From assembly GCF_000143415.4 (NCBI RefSeq), contig NW_003314274.1, forward strand, positions 2,524,623 through 2,588,528: a stretch of 63,906 bases of DNA. Direction: 5' to 3'. Both the position numbers and the translations under genes were made by a program. Numbering within the stretch: position 1 is the first letter of the stretch; each line of letters opens with the position of its first letter. Source of the stretch: Selaginella moellendorffii. Lineage: Eukaryota > Plantae > Lycopodiophyta. The notes beneath the pieces were generated by a model, which ran no database searches, was not told where the DNA came from, and worked only from the letters and a program-made list of their open reading frames with translations. Shown piece by piece: positions 12,549 through 23,640 of this stretch.

Positions 12549-12745
12549 ATTGCTTTTAGTGTTTGGATCTATATTTATATTTGTATTTTATTGGTCGAAT
12601 TTACTTGGAAATATAGATTAAATCAAAATTTGAAAAATGGAAAGATGTTGGTTCGGGACGAACCAATGTTTTTCTTGTGTTTGAGAAGCCATGAGCTCAA
12701 CTCATGAGCTCATCAGCTCAAAACCTACCCGGGCTCCTCCCTGAG

Positions 12746-14205
12746 TTGCTTCTTGAGTTCAACAATCTCTTTGATATTCAAACGATACGAAGCTTTTGTA
12801 AGTGGTTTAGAACCTGGAATAACCTCAATCCGATGATCAACCTCACGGCTAGGAGGTAGCTCTGGCGGCAAATCCTTTGGGAAGATATCCTAATTCCTTG
12901 CCAACAACTCCAATATCTTCTTTGAGATAGGATCAACCCCATCGCTGATTTGAATTGAGTCACCAACACTCTCAGATTCCATCACTTGAACCCAAAAGGT
13001 CTGACATCCCTTCTAAGCTATTTTTTGAGCGGCCCTTGTAGTCAAGAACTTAGCATCCCAATCCTTTGAGGAGTGCTTTTGCAATTGGAAAGACACATCA
13101 GGATGTCCTTCTAAGTTCAATGTGATACGACTTTGTCTAGCACTATAAATCCCTTTAATATATTTGTTGAAGAAATCCATACCAAACACCATTTGAAAAT
13201 TTGGTATCTTCAACATTTCCAAGTCCACTCTTTCTTTCCACTAGGATATTTTTATTGGAACATCACTCATAAATTTTCTGGCTACTTGCCCACCTTCCGC
13301 AAACTGGAAGTGCATAGGCAACATTTGCTCAACATTCAATCCTAACAACTTAACTATGTCTTTGAATATGACACTGTGCATAGCTCCTATGTCAATCATC
13401 AGTCAGATTCGGTGTCTGTGGACAAAACCTACCAAATACATCAACGGATCAATGTTTGCATTGACTGCGAGAAAAGCTTGAGGAAAGAAACAAAAGTAGC
13501 TCACCTCCTCTTCCTCATAGTTTGCATTGACCAACTTGTCAACCCCTTCAGCTTCACCACCACCATCTTCTGTCATGATATTAACACGAGACCTTGTCTT
13601 ATGCTTGTTGGGATATTCTGAGGACTTATGTCCTAACTCTCCACAATGGAAGCAATGACCCACACTACCTGTTCTGCTAGGAGTAGGTTGTGCAGGTTGC
13701 TACTACTTATACCCACTAGGAGAAGGAACAAAGGGCCTGGACTAGAGGAAGCTGCTAGTGGTTTCCAACCACCACCACCACCTTTGTTAACTATTGCTTG
13801 TGAGCCCCCAGATCAGAACCTACCTTCCACTCTCTGTTTCTGATCACCTTATTTATTTCCAGAATTCTTACTCTTGTCTGAGGTACCAGCATACAGTTAC
13901 TGACATTGTTCCATGAGTGAATGGCTAAAGGCAACTTGTTGTGCTGCCTCCTTACACTTTAGGTATGTCTTTGGCTTAAACTTCAAAATCTCATTGCAAG
14001 AAAGTGAATTTAAACCCTCCAGGAAATAACTCCGAGCATCTTTATCATTCATATTTGCAATCATAATGCGCTTTTGAGCAAAAGCATTAATGTAATACAT
14101 GAGGTCCCCTCGCTACTTTAACTGCCGTAGCTCTACACAAAGTCTCAGACCAAGATCATCTGGCAAGTATTCCTTACAGATACAAGACCGCATCTTGGTC
14201 CAACT
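12746..14205 (-). pseudogene. gag-pol: 5' part of the same Gypsy element: gag (zinc knuckle), protease, start of RT; 5'-truncated
   Basis: CFHCGELGHKSSEYP knuckle, protease LIDIGA near 13385-13402, MVFGMDFF. It continues in frame with 3743 across the DNA transposon. Confidence 0.9.
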
Positions 14206-14207
14206 TC

Positions 14208-15147
14208 TGAGGCTTGCGTAAGGCCACGGTGTTCTGAAATGTTGTCCCAAAGTCCCAGACTATGGAAAGGAAGAGGGTGGTCCTCTGGTGTAGTGACCAA
14301 TGATACGGTCATGTGGTGAGGAAGTCCCAGAGGACAGTGGGACTTAGTGGTCAGGCATATGGGCCTTGCCCCAGTGGTAGTGGTGGCGAACATGGCCATG
14401 GGTAGAAAAGGGACTTGGTGGGGACTGTAAAAGGGATATTGGGGAAGGCTGTTCCCCATGTCTGCAGGCATCTTAAGGATGCTAAGGAGTGGATCTTGGA
14501 TGGTCACTCTTGGACGGATGGTCTAGTCCTTGAGTGACGGGACTGTGATGCAGGTGGTGTTGGACCACCGGTGTGACCAAGGTGAAGGGGCATGGCCTTA
14601 GCGTAATGGGTTAGTATGTCGGTGGTACCTTGGGTGTCGGTTATGGGATTGGACAAATGGAGCACTTGGACTAAGTGCAAGGGTTGAGTGGCATGGATGC
14701 CATTCTTAGGGATAGCAAGCCCTAAGTCCTGAATTGGACTTATAGAGGTTGTGAATGAGACCTTTCCAAGTGGTTGATGGTGTGGTTAAGTGACTAAAGT
14801 AGAATGGAAAAATTAGTCACATACAATTTGGTATCAGAGTTGTTCCTTAGTTCGACTTTTATTGGTGCTGAAGTATATCACCACTAGTGTTGGCATCGGA
14901 AGGTTTTAGGAGTGGGCCTATCCTTGAGGAGTAACAAGTTGGGAAGACATGGCTCTCCACTACAGTTCAAGTGTGAACTCATAGGTGAGGTGGTGGATAG
15001 AAAAGGGCTAATAATGGAATGACTTCAAGATCTTAGGAACAATGTAAGACTTTTCCTTAGTGAGTTGAGGATATGATCCAGATGAGTGTTTGACTCAGCA
15101 AACTAGCTAATGTAGTTGTTTTAAACAACTATAGTTGGGATCATAGG
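14208..15147 (+). mobile_element. Family A copy 1: truncated 5' LTR (ends 14825), PBS and leader
   Basis: The LTR end AGTCACATACA is followed by the tRNA-Met PBS TGGTATCAGAG (14829-14839). The leader matches that of the other A copies. Confidence 0.85.
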
Positions 15148-15214
15148 GCGAAGCGAGCAATAAGCGAGGCTCCAAAAAGGGACCCGAAAGGACCAACATA
15201 TGACACGTGGAAGT

Positions 15215-15900
15215 GTCCGAGATGGAGTCCAAGATGGACCCGAGTTGGAGTCCGAGATGGTGTTCGAAATGGACTGAGATGAAGTCCGAGATGGAGTCCA
15301 AGATGGACCCGAGATGGAGTCCGAGATGGACCCGAGATAGAGTCTGAGATGGATCTGAGATGGAGTCCGAGATGGACCCGAGATGGAGTCCGAGATGGAC
15401 TGAGACGGAGTCCGAGATGGACCGAGATGGAGTTCAAGATGGACCCAAGATGGACCAAGACAGAGCCCGAGATGGAGTCCGAGATGGACCGAGACGGAGT
15501 CCGAGGTGGACCCGAGATGCAGTCTGAGATGGACCGAGATAGAGTCCGAGATGGAGTCCGAGATGGAGTCCGAGATGGTGTCCGAGATGGACCAAGACGG
15601 AGTCCAAGATGGAGTCCGAGATGGACCCGAGATGGAGTCCGAGATGGACCCAAGATGGAGTCCGAGAAGGACCCGAGATGGAGTCCGAGATGGACCCGAG
15701 ATGGACCAAGACAGAGTTTGAGATGGAGTCCGAGATGGAGTCCGAGAAGGACCCGAGATGGAGTCCGAGGTCGAGACCGAGACAGGGACCGAGACCGAGA
15801 CCGAGACCAAGATCAAGATCGGGACCGAGGCCGAGATCGAGGCCGAAGTCGAGACCGAGCCCGAGCCCGAGTCCAAGTCCGAGTCCAAGTCCGAGTTCGT
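15215..15900 (+). repeat. LTR-internal minisatellite (GAGATGGAGTCC, GAGATGGACCC, (GAGACC)n, (GAGTCC)n); also near 27875-28420, 34270-34812, 36560-37125 and 40000-40590
   Basis: Directly visible 10-12 bp and 6 bp periodicity. Confidence 0.95.
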
Positions 15901-17402
15901 GTCTGAGAGGGTGAAAGCCCAAAGCGTTCTTCTCCCAGACCCTGGGGGGTTTGGTGAGCTCCAAAAGTATAGTAGGGGGAGGACTGCAGTGGATCCAGTT
16001 TGGCTAGGAAAGGCCAATTTGGCCCAAGAAGACCAAACCCAGTGTTGGGTGATGAGCTGCCCATTGGGAAATCCAAGACTAGAGTGAACACGGACTGACA
16101 AGTGGGGTAGCTTGGTGAAGTGTTCAAGAGCCGGCTCTAGTTCTCCCAGGAGATCGACTGGCCGATGCTCCTAGTCCAAGTGTGGGTGGCACTACCTACT
16201 TGGATACCTGGCATGGCTCAATGGAACCTTGCTTTAAGCCCATGGCTAGAGCACCCAAAGTCGGGAGGTGGAGAGAGTACCCACGGAGCTCGCGTAGGGC
16301 CACAATGTTCCAAAATGTTGTCCCGAAGTCCTAAATGGGGGAAAGGAGGAGGAGCAATCCTCTAGTGTAGTCACTACGGATACGGTCACATGGTGAGGAA
16401 GTCCCAGAGGACAATAGGACTTAGTGGCCAGGCCTGTGGGCCTTGATCTAGTGGTAGTGTTGGTGAACATGGCCCTGGACGAAAAAGGGACTTGGCAGGA
16501 ACTGACAAAGGGATGTTGGGGAAGGCTATTCTCCATGTCTGTGGGCATCCTAAGGATGCTAAGGAGTGGATCTGGGATGACCACTTGTGGACGGACGGCC
16601 TAGTCTTGGAGAGATGGGATTGTGATGCAAGTGGTATTGGACCACCAGTGCAGCAAAGGTGAATGGGCATGGCTTTAGCGTAATAGGCTGATATATCAGT
16701 GGTACCTTTGGGTGTCAGTCTTGGGACTGGACACGTGGAGCACTTGGACCAAGTGCAAATGTTGAGTGGCATGGATGCCATTCTCGTGACTAGCAAGTCC
16801 CAAGTCCTGAATTGGACTTAAGGAGGTTGTGAATGAGACTCCTCCAAGTGGTCAGAGGTGTGGTTAAGTGACTAAAGTAAAATGGAAAATTTAGTCACTT
16901 ACAACTTGGTATCAGAGCTGTTCCTTAGTCTGACTTTTATTGGTGCTCAAATATATCACCATTGATGTTGGCATTAGAAGGTTCTAGGAGTGGGCCTATC
17001 TGTAAGCTCCTAAGTTTGGACTTCCCGGGAGGTCACCCAACTCAGTACTATTCAAACCCAAGGACGCTTAACCCCAAATATCCCAAGACCCTTAACCGAT
17101 TGGAAAAGAGGGTGCACTCTTGTTCATGGGCCCTTTCCCTCTATATTTGAACCCCTATGGATCGTATCTCGAGTCGTTCCCTTCGGTTGCTTACAATCCA
17201 CCACGCTTCCCTGCAAGTTCACACCCTCGTGAACGGAAGCTGAGAGCCGCAGCTCTCCCGAGAGCCTTGCTCTCTTGACACCCTACCCCTCGGGTCGAGC
17301 TCAGCGGGAGCAAACTGGACCAGCCAGATGTCAATCAATATGTGGTGCGATTCCCCTAAGCCAACCAACAGAGTCGGACCCAAGACCGCTCCGATACCAA
17401 AT

Positions 17403-20400
17403 TGTAAGCCACAAATTTTTCCTTTCCAATTTGCCAGCTTACCTCGTCTATCTGACCAACTCTGCCTTGGCTTGTGCTAAGTTCCCTCGCCAAGGTTCCC
17501 GCCTATGGTACCAGCTCCTACTTGGTCCTACTTGGTTTTAGCTACTCACTGCACGAGCAACGGAGTGTTAGCCATCCATCTACGGATTCCCAAATCTCTC
17601 CCAATCCCCCTCTCCGGTTTAGACTGGACTTAAGGTTCGGCTACACTCCCCGCAGGCACAAGCAGCCAAGCACACCAAGCCTCCAGGTTCCTAACACCCC
17701 TTGGTACCACAAGACTTGATCATGGGACCCTCTAAATCCCAAGTCTTGGGTGCAGGACTTGCTTCGGGACGTCGGGGCGAAACACCGTGGCCTAACGGCC
17801 CGGTATGGGTACCTCTACCCCCCCACTTCCATCCCGAAGGGAAGGCCCAAGCCCCTAGGAAGGGTGAGGACCAATGAGCCACAAGGTACTCAAGTGGGGC
17901 ACCACTCCACATGAGCCGGGAGCACCGCAGTTGGTTTCCCTTTCGGGACTGGGAGCTGCTCTTGAGCACTTCCCTGGGTGGCCCCTCCGGCACCACTCAA
18001 GCCCATGCTCACTCCCACCCAAGGCCCCTCGGCCCCAGTCTCAACCTCAAGTCATTTTGGAAGCACCACTGGAGAGTTCCTTCAAGACTGGTTCCTAGAC
18101 CTCACTATCCCTACTATACTTTTGGAACCCCCTGCAGCCCCCCCCCCCCTGGGAGACGCACACTTTGGGCTTTCACCCCTTGACCCGTATTAGTATTTGG
18201 ACTTAGTCTCTGGCTCGATCTCGGACCCGATTTCGGATCCGACTTCGGATTCGGTCTTAGACTCGATCTCGAACTCGATCTCGGACCCGATCTTGGACTC
18301 GACCTCGGACTCGGTCTCAGACCCGATTTCAGATCTCGGACTCCGCCTTGAACTCGGTCTCGAACTTGGACTCGAACTCGGTCCCCGAGTCGGTCTCAGA
18401 CTCGATTCCGGACTCTATCTCGAACTCGGTCCTAGAGTCGGTCTTGGACTCGATCTTCGACTTGGTCCCATCCGATGAACTCTTTGTCATTTTGGTCATG
18501 CTTTTGGGGTTCCTTTAGCCTACGACACTTCGGCGGGTTGGTTCCTTACAACTCCACCACCCATAGAAGAAGTTCGATTCCCACATCGAACGTCTCGTTT
18601 TATCCTACGACTTGTTGACCATGTCTCCGGGGGCATCCCCCCACTTAGCGGTGTGCCTAAGTTAGCCTCCCCGGCCAAGAGCCCATGACAACGGAATATA
18701 GGTGTCCCTATACCCCTCACCTCACCACGCCCTAGTATGGGGTCGGGACTTGAACCCAGCCTTGCTTTACTAGGGGGTTGGGACTCAAACCCAACCTCCG
18801 TAGAATACATCTACGGATTCGACATCCCCGCGGGGAGTCGGGCGTAGTGCCCTACGCCTGGTCGACCTATCCAACCCATGCTAATTAGCTTACCTTCGGC
18901 GCGCCTTCGGGTCCCAACATATGCCACTTGCTCAACTTTGCAAACTGATATTTTTTAATTGAACTTTGCAATAAGTACATAGAGTTCTGCCTTGCAGAAA
19001 TTCCTCCACTAGATCTCGCGCGTTTGCTAGGTTCTCTTCCGGTTCCCATGTTGCTTCGCAGTGTGGAAATCCTTTCCACTTCACATGGAACTCTCTCACC
19101 TCGCGTCCTTGTCGCTTGCTCTTGCGCGCATTGAGGATGGCCTCAACTTTGTATTCCTCTTCCCCTTGGATAACCTCAGGTAAAGGTCTCACTTGGTCCT
19201 TACGAAGCAGATCCTCAAAGTACGGCTTGAGTAAGTTCACATGGAACACTGGGTGCATCTTCCCCATCTCTCGAGGAAGTCGGAGTCGGTAAGCCACTTT
19301 ACCGATTCGTGCCTCAATCTCGTAAGGCCCCGCGAACCTGCTTAGGGAACTCAAGATCAATTCATTTACAGAAATACATGCATCTTTACCTTTGGGTCAA
19401 CTTTCGGCTGATCCCACTTGGTAGTCTGAGGTTCTTGCTGTTCAGCCACACCTTCTCCCCAGCTTGGAACTTTACATCCCGACGCTTCTGGTTCGCGTAT
19501 TTGGTTTGCCTTTGTTGAGCCCGTTCCAATGAATCCCTCACTAGATTCCAAATGCTGAGTCTTTCCGCCGTGAATGCCTCCACTGCGGGCAACTCTCCAT
19601 GATACTCGGCCACGCCGAGTTCCACAGGACCTTCAATAGCTCGCCCATTGATGACTTCCCATGGACTCACCCCGATACTCGAATGTGGTGAGTTGTTATA
19701 ACACATTTTCGCAAGTCCCAAATGACTTACCCAATTGGTCTGGTCTCCTGAGACATAGCATCGCAAATAATCCTCCAGCTGCCTATTCACCCTTTCCGTT
19801 TGTCCGTCTGTCAAGAAGTGTTAGTGCCAACAACTTGACTTAGTACCCCATACCTGTCTGTGGGTGATAGGCTGTGCTGAATTTCAACTTGGTGCGATAC
19901 TGTTCTAGGAGAGTCCTCCAGAACCTACTGGTGAAGATCTTATCTCGATCTGAGATGAAATCTTCCGATCTTCCCCGCACTCGAACCACTTGTTCGAAGA
20001 ATAGCTTTGCCACACCTTCCGCATCCACCTCTGTTGTAGTGGGTATGAAATGTGCCATTTTCGAAAATCGGTCCACCACCATGAATATCGCATCAAACCC
20101 CTCGCTTGGGGGGAGTCCCGTGATGAAGTCCATCGTAAGATATTTCCACGGACGATCTGGAATTGGGATGCTTTGCAACAAGCCCCCACTAGCCTTAGTC
20201 ACGGCTTTTACCTGCTGACATGTTAGACATGTCTTTACATAGTCTTGGACGTCCTTAGCCATATCTGGCCAATGGTACTTCCACTTGAGTAAGCCCATCG
20301 TCTTGGGCACTCCACCGTGTCCCGTAAGAGGTCCGTCATGACACTCTTCTAAGGCCACCTTCCTTAGTTCCCCTTCTGGAACATACACCCTCGTTTGCTT

Positions 20401-22244
20401 GTAATAGATGACTCCGTTGCGTTTCGCATAGCCCGTTTTCTCTTCCGTTGGCAGCTCACCTCTCTGGTGAGCTTCCCGCGCCTCTAGATTCCTCAGCAAC
20501 ACTTCTTGTCCTAGACCATCGTTCTCATATGCTATCCGCACATCATCCCAGAAGGTTGCTATTGTGCTGGATATTGCCAACCTCAAGCTTGCTTTTCGAC
20601 TTAGCGCATCCGCCACGATGTTGCTCTTCCCAGGCTTGTACAGAATTTCACAATCAAACTCAGCCAAGGCATTGGCCCACCGACCTTGTTTCCCTCTCAG
20701 GTTGGGCTGTGACAAGAAGTGTTTCGTTGCCACATTGTCCGTGTAAACCTTGAAGTGTCTCCCAAGGTAGTGTCGCCACTCCTTGAGTGCCTTGACCACC
20801 GCAAACAATTCCTTCTCGTGGGCAGGCCACTTCCGTTGAGCCTTGTCCAGCTTCTTCGAGAAGAACGCTACCGGATGGTTGTCTTGCTTCAAAACTGCGC
20901 CCAACACAAAGTCCGAAGCATCCGTTTCTACCTCAAAGTCCTTACCAAAGTTTGGTAATGCCAATACGGGAGCTTTCCTCAACTTCCCTTTGAGGTGGAC
21001 GAATGCCGCCTCGCATTCCGCTGTCCACACCATCTTCCCTTTTCCTGTTTGGTCCGTTAAGGGTAGGGCTACTCTCGAATAGTGTCTGATAAACTTTCGA
21101 TAGTGGTTGCATAGCCCCAGGAATGCCCTCAACTCGTGTACATTGGATGGTCGCTCCCATTCCTGGATTGCTTGGACCTTCTCCGGGTCCACCTTGAGCC
21201 CGTCCTGGCCCACCACATGCCCGAGAAACTTTACCTCTTGTTGAGCAAAGTCACATTTGCTCTCTTTAGCATACAGTTTGTGTTCCCTTAGTTTCTCAAA
21301 CACCTTCGCCAAGTGTTCGGCATGCTCCTCTAGCGGCACGCTATAGATCAGGATGTCGTCGATATAGACGACCACGAAGTGATCCAGATAGGGTACAAAG
21401 ATGTGGTTCATTAGTGCCGAAAACGTTGCCGGCGCATTACATAGCCCGAAGGGCATCACCAGAAACTCAAAGCTCCCATACCTCGTTCGACAGGTTGTCT
21501 TCTCGACATCTTCCTCGGCTACCCTGATCTGGTAGTATCCTGACCTTAAGTCAATCCTCGAGAAGTATGTTGCCTTTCCCAACCTATCGAACAGGTCCTC
21601 AATCCTTGGCAAAGGGTACTTGTTCTTCTTTGTATACTTGTTGAGCAATCGGTAGTCTATGCACATGCGCATAGATCCATTTTTCTTTTTCACAAATAAC
21701 ACCGGCGCCCCATACGGCGACTTGCTCAACCTAACATACCCTTTGTCCACCAACTCCTCTAGTTGGCACTTGAGCTCCTTGAGTTCTTTTTCGTTCAAAC
21801 GATAAGGGGGACAAACCACCACCTCAGCACCCTCGATCAGCTCAATCTTATGTTCTATCGGTCGTGTTGGGGGCAGCCCCGCCGGTAGCTCCTCTGGCAT
21901 GGTATCCTGGAATTGGTCCAACACCCGCTGGATCACTAAAGGTACTTCTTCCGTTCCTGTCTTTTTGTCACTCTTCACCGAGAGTAAGCACAAAAAGGCT
22001 GCCTTAGTTCTTTTAGTGAGTTGTCCTCTCGTGGACACCAGGTTTAAGCAGGAATCTTTGGCCTTGCTTTGCCCTACCTTTAGATCTTGGGCCTCCACCC
22101 TAGATCTTCTTCCTTGGGCATTCGCCAGTACCACAAGGTTCCTACCTTGTCCATGCAAGGCTACCACGAACCAATTAAACCAATCCATTCCGAAGATTAC
22201 GTCAAACCCCGCCATGTCCAACACAGTGAAATCCATGTCCACTT
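17403..22244 (-). mobile_element. Family B chromovirus (Ty3/Gypsy), 5'-truncated: 3' LTR 17403-18550, PPT 18551-18566, 3' UTR, pol
   Basis: The LTR reads TGTAAGGAAC...GTGGCTTACA on the minus strand, with PPT ATGGGTGGTGGAGT. The pol carries a chromodomain. gag and the 5' LTR are missing. Confidence 0.93.
18932..22242 (-). CDS. pol: Chromovirus pol (end of protease, RT, RNase H, integrase, chromodomain); continuous after removing introns 19808-19853 and 19338-19389
   Basis: An 800-aa uninterrupted ORF contains YIDD, ETDASD, GHGG...CLTCQ and MDFITGLP. It continues [22 protein letters not shown] and the chromodomain [10 protein letters not shown]...[21 protein letters not shown]. Confidence 0.93.
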
Positions 22245-22483
22245 TCCAAGACCCTTAACTGATTGGAAAAGGGGGTGCACTCTTGTTCATGGGCCCTTTC
22301 CCTCTATATTTGAACCCCTATGGATCGTCTCTCGAGTTGTTCCCTTTGGTTGCTTACAATATCCTTGAAGAGTAGCGTGTCGAGAGTACATGGCTCTCCA
22401 CTCAAGTTCATGCGTGAACTTGGGCGCGATGTGGTGGATAGAAAAGGGCCAGTAAGGGAACAACTTTGGGATCTTGGGAACAG

Positions 22484-23640
22484 TGTAAGGAACCGACTCC
22501 CCGAGATGTCGTAGGCTAAAGGATCCCCGAAAGCTTGACCGAAATGACAAAGAGTTCATCGGATGGAACCAAGTTGAAGATCGAGTCCAAGACCGACTCT
22601 GAGACCGAGCTTGAGATAGAGTCCGGGATCGAGCCGAGGCCGAATCGGAGACCGAGATCGAGACCGAGTTCGAGACCGAGTTCGAGACGGAGTCCGAGAT
22701 CCAAATCGGGTCCGAGACCGAGTCCGAGGTCGAGTCCGAAGTCGAGTCCGAGATCGGGTCCAAGATCGAGTTCGAGATCGAGTCCGAGACCGAATCCAAA
22801 ATCGGGTCCGAGATCGAGTTCGAGATCGATTCTAAGATTAAGTCCACATACTAATACAGCTCAAGGGGTGAAAGCCCAAAGCGTGTGTCTCCCAGGCGGG
22901 GGGGGCTGTAGGGGGTTCCAAAAGTATAGTAGGGATAGTGAGGTCCAGGAACCAGTCTTGAAGGAACTCTCTAGTGGTGCTTCCAAACTGACTTGAGGTT
23001 GAGACTGGGGCCAAGGGGCCTTGGGTGGGAGTGAGCATGGGCTTGAGTGGTGCCGGAGGGGCCACCCAGGGAAGTGCTTAAGAGCAGCTCCCACTCCCGA
23101 AAGGGAAACCGACTGTGGTGCTCCCGGCTCATATGGAGTGGTGCCCCACTTGAGTACCTTGTGGCTCATTGGTCCTCACCCTTCCTAGGGGCTTGGGCCT
23201 TCCCTTCGGGATGGAAGTGGGGGGGTAGAGGTACCCATACCGGGTCGTTAGGCCACGGTGTTTCGCCCCGACGTCCCGAAGCAAGTCCTACACCCAAGGC
23301 TTGGGATTTAGAGGGTCCCATGATCAAGTCTTGTGGTACCAAGGGGTGTTAGGAACCTGGAGGCTTGGTGTGCTTGGCTGCTTGTGCCTGCGGGGAGTGT
23401 AGCCGAACCTTAAGTCCAGTCTAACCCGGGGAGGGGGATTGGGAGAGATTTGGGAATCCGTAGATGGATGGCTAACACTCCGTTGCTCGTGCAGTGAGTA
23501 GCTGAAACCAAGTAGGACCAAGTAGGAGCTGGTACCATAGGTGGGAACCTTGGCGAGGGAACTTAGCACAAGCCAAGGCAGAGTTGGTCGGATAAACGAG
23601 GTAAGCTGGCAAATTGGAAAGGAAAAATTTGTGGCTTACA
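22484..23640 (+). mobile_element. Solo LTR of family B
   Basis: TGTAAGGAAC...GTGGCTTACA with perfect TSD AACAG (22479-22483 and 23641-23645). It is an inverted near-copy of 17403-18550. Confidence 0.95.

Larger units (their letters stand above)
3744..12736. mobile_element. About 9.0 kb TIR DNA transposon (Mutator/MULE-like) with two divergent genes, inserted in Gypsy pol
   Basis: Direct repeat CTCCCTGAG at 3735-3743 and 12737-12745 (9 bp TSD; 7-8 bp readings are also possible). Imperfect ~30 bp TIRs: GGGGCTGGGTAGTTTTTGAGCTGAGCTCA versus reverse complement GAGCCCGGGTAGGTTTTGAGCTGATGAGCTCA. Removing the element restores host pol [13 protein letters not shown]. Confidence 0.93.
17001..22358 (-). 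mobile_element. Cassandra-type TRIM copy 1, interrupted by the chromovirus: LTR 17001-17195, internal region to about 17402, partial LTR about 22245-22358
   Basis: It has TG...CA LTRs, a 5S-like segment at 17018-17072 and a minus-strand PBS TGGTATCGGAGC (17388-17399). The flanks CTATC/ATATC form a TSD with one mismatch. Confidence 0.88.

Noticed and set aside
15121-16127. Long Ser/Arg/Gly/Leu-rich ORFs, also at 27.6-28.6, 34-35, 36.2-37.3 and 39.8-40.6 kb
   Set aside because: They are open in nearly all frames because the minisatellite lacks stop codons; there is no evidence of coding.
17018-17072. 5S rRNA gene
   Set aside because: It is only about 55 nt of the internal control region and sits inside TRIM LTRs.
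17403-23640. pol flanked by inverted LTRs, resembling a DIRS-type element
   Set aside because: The right-hand copy is an independent solo LTR with its own AACAG TSD, and the pol has a DDE integrase rather than a tyrosine recombinase.
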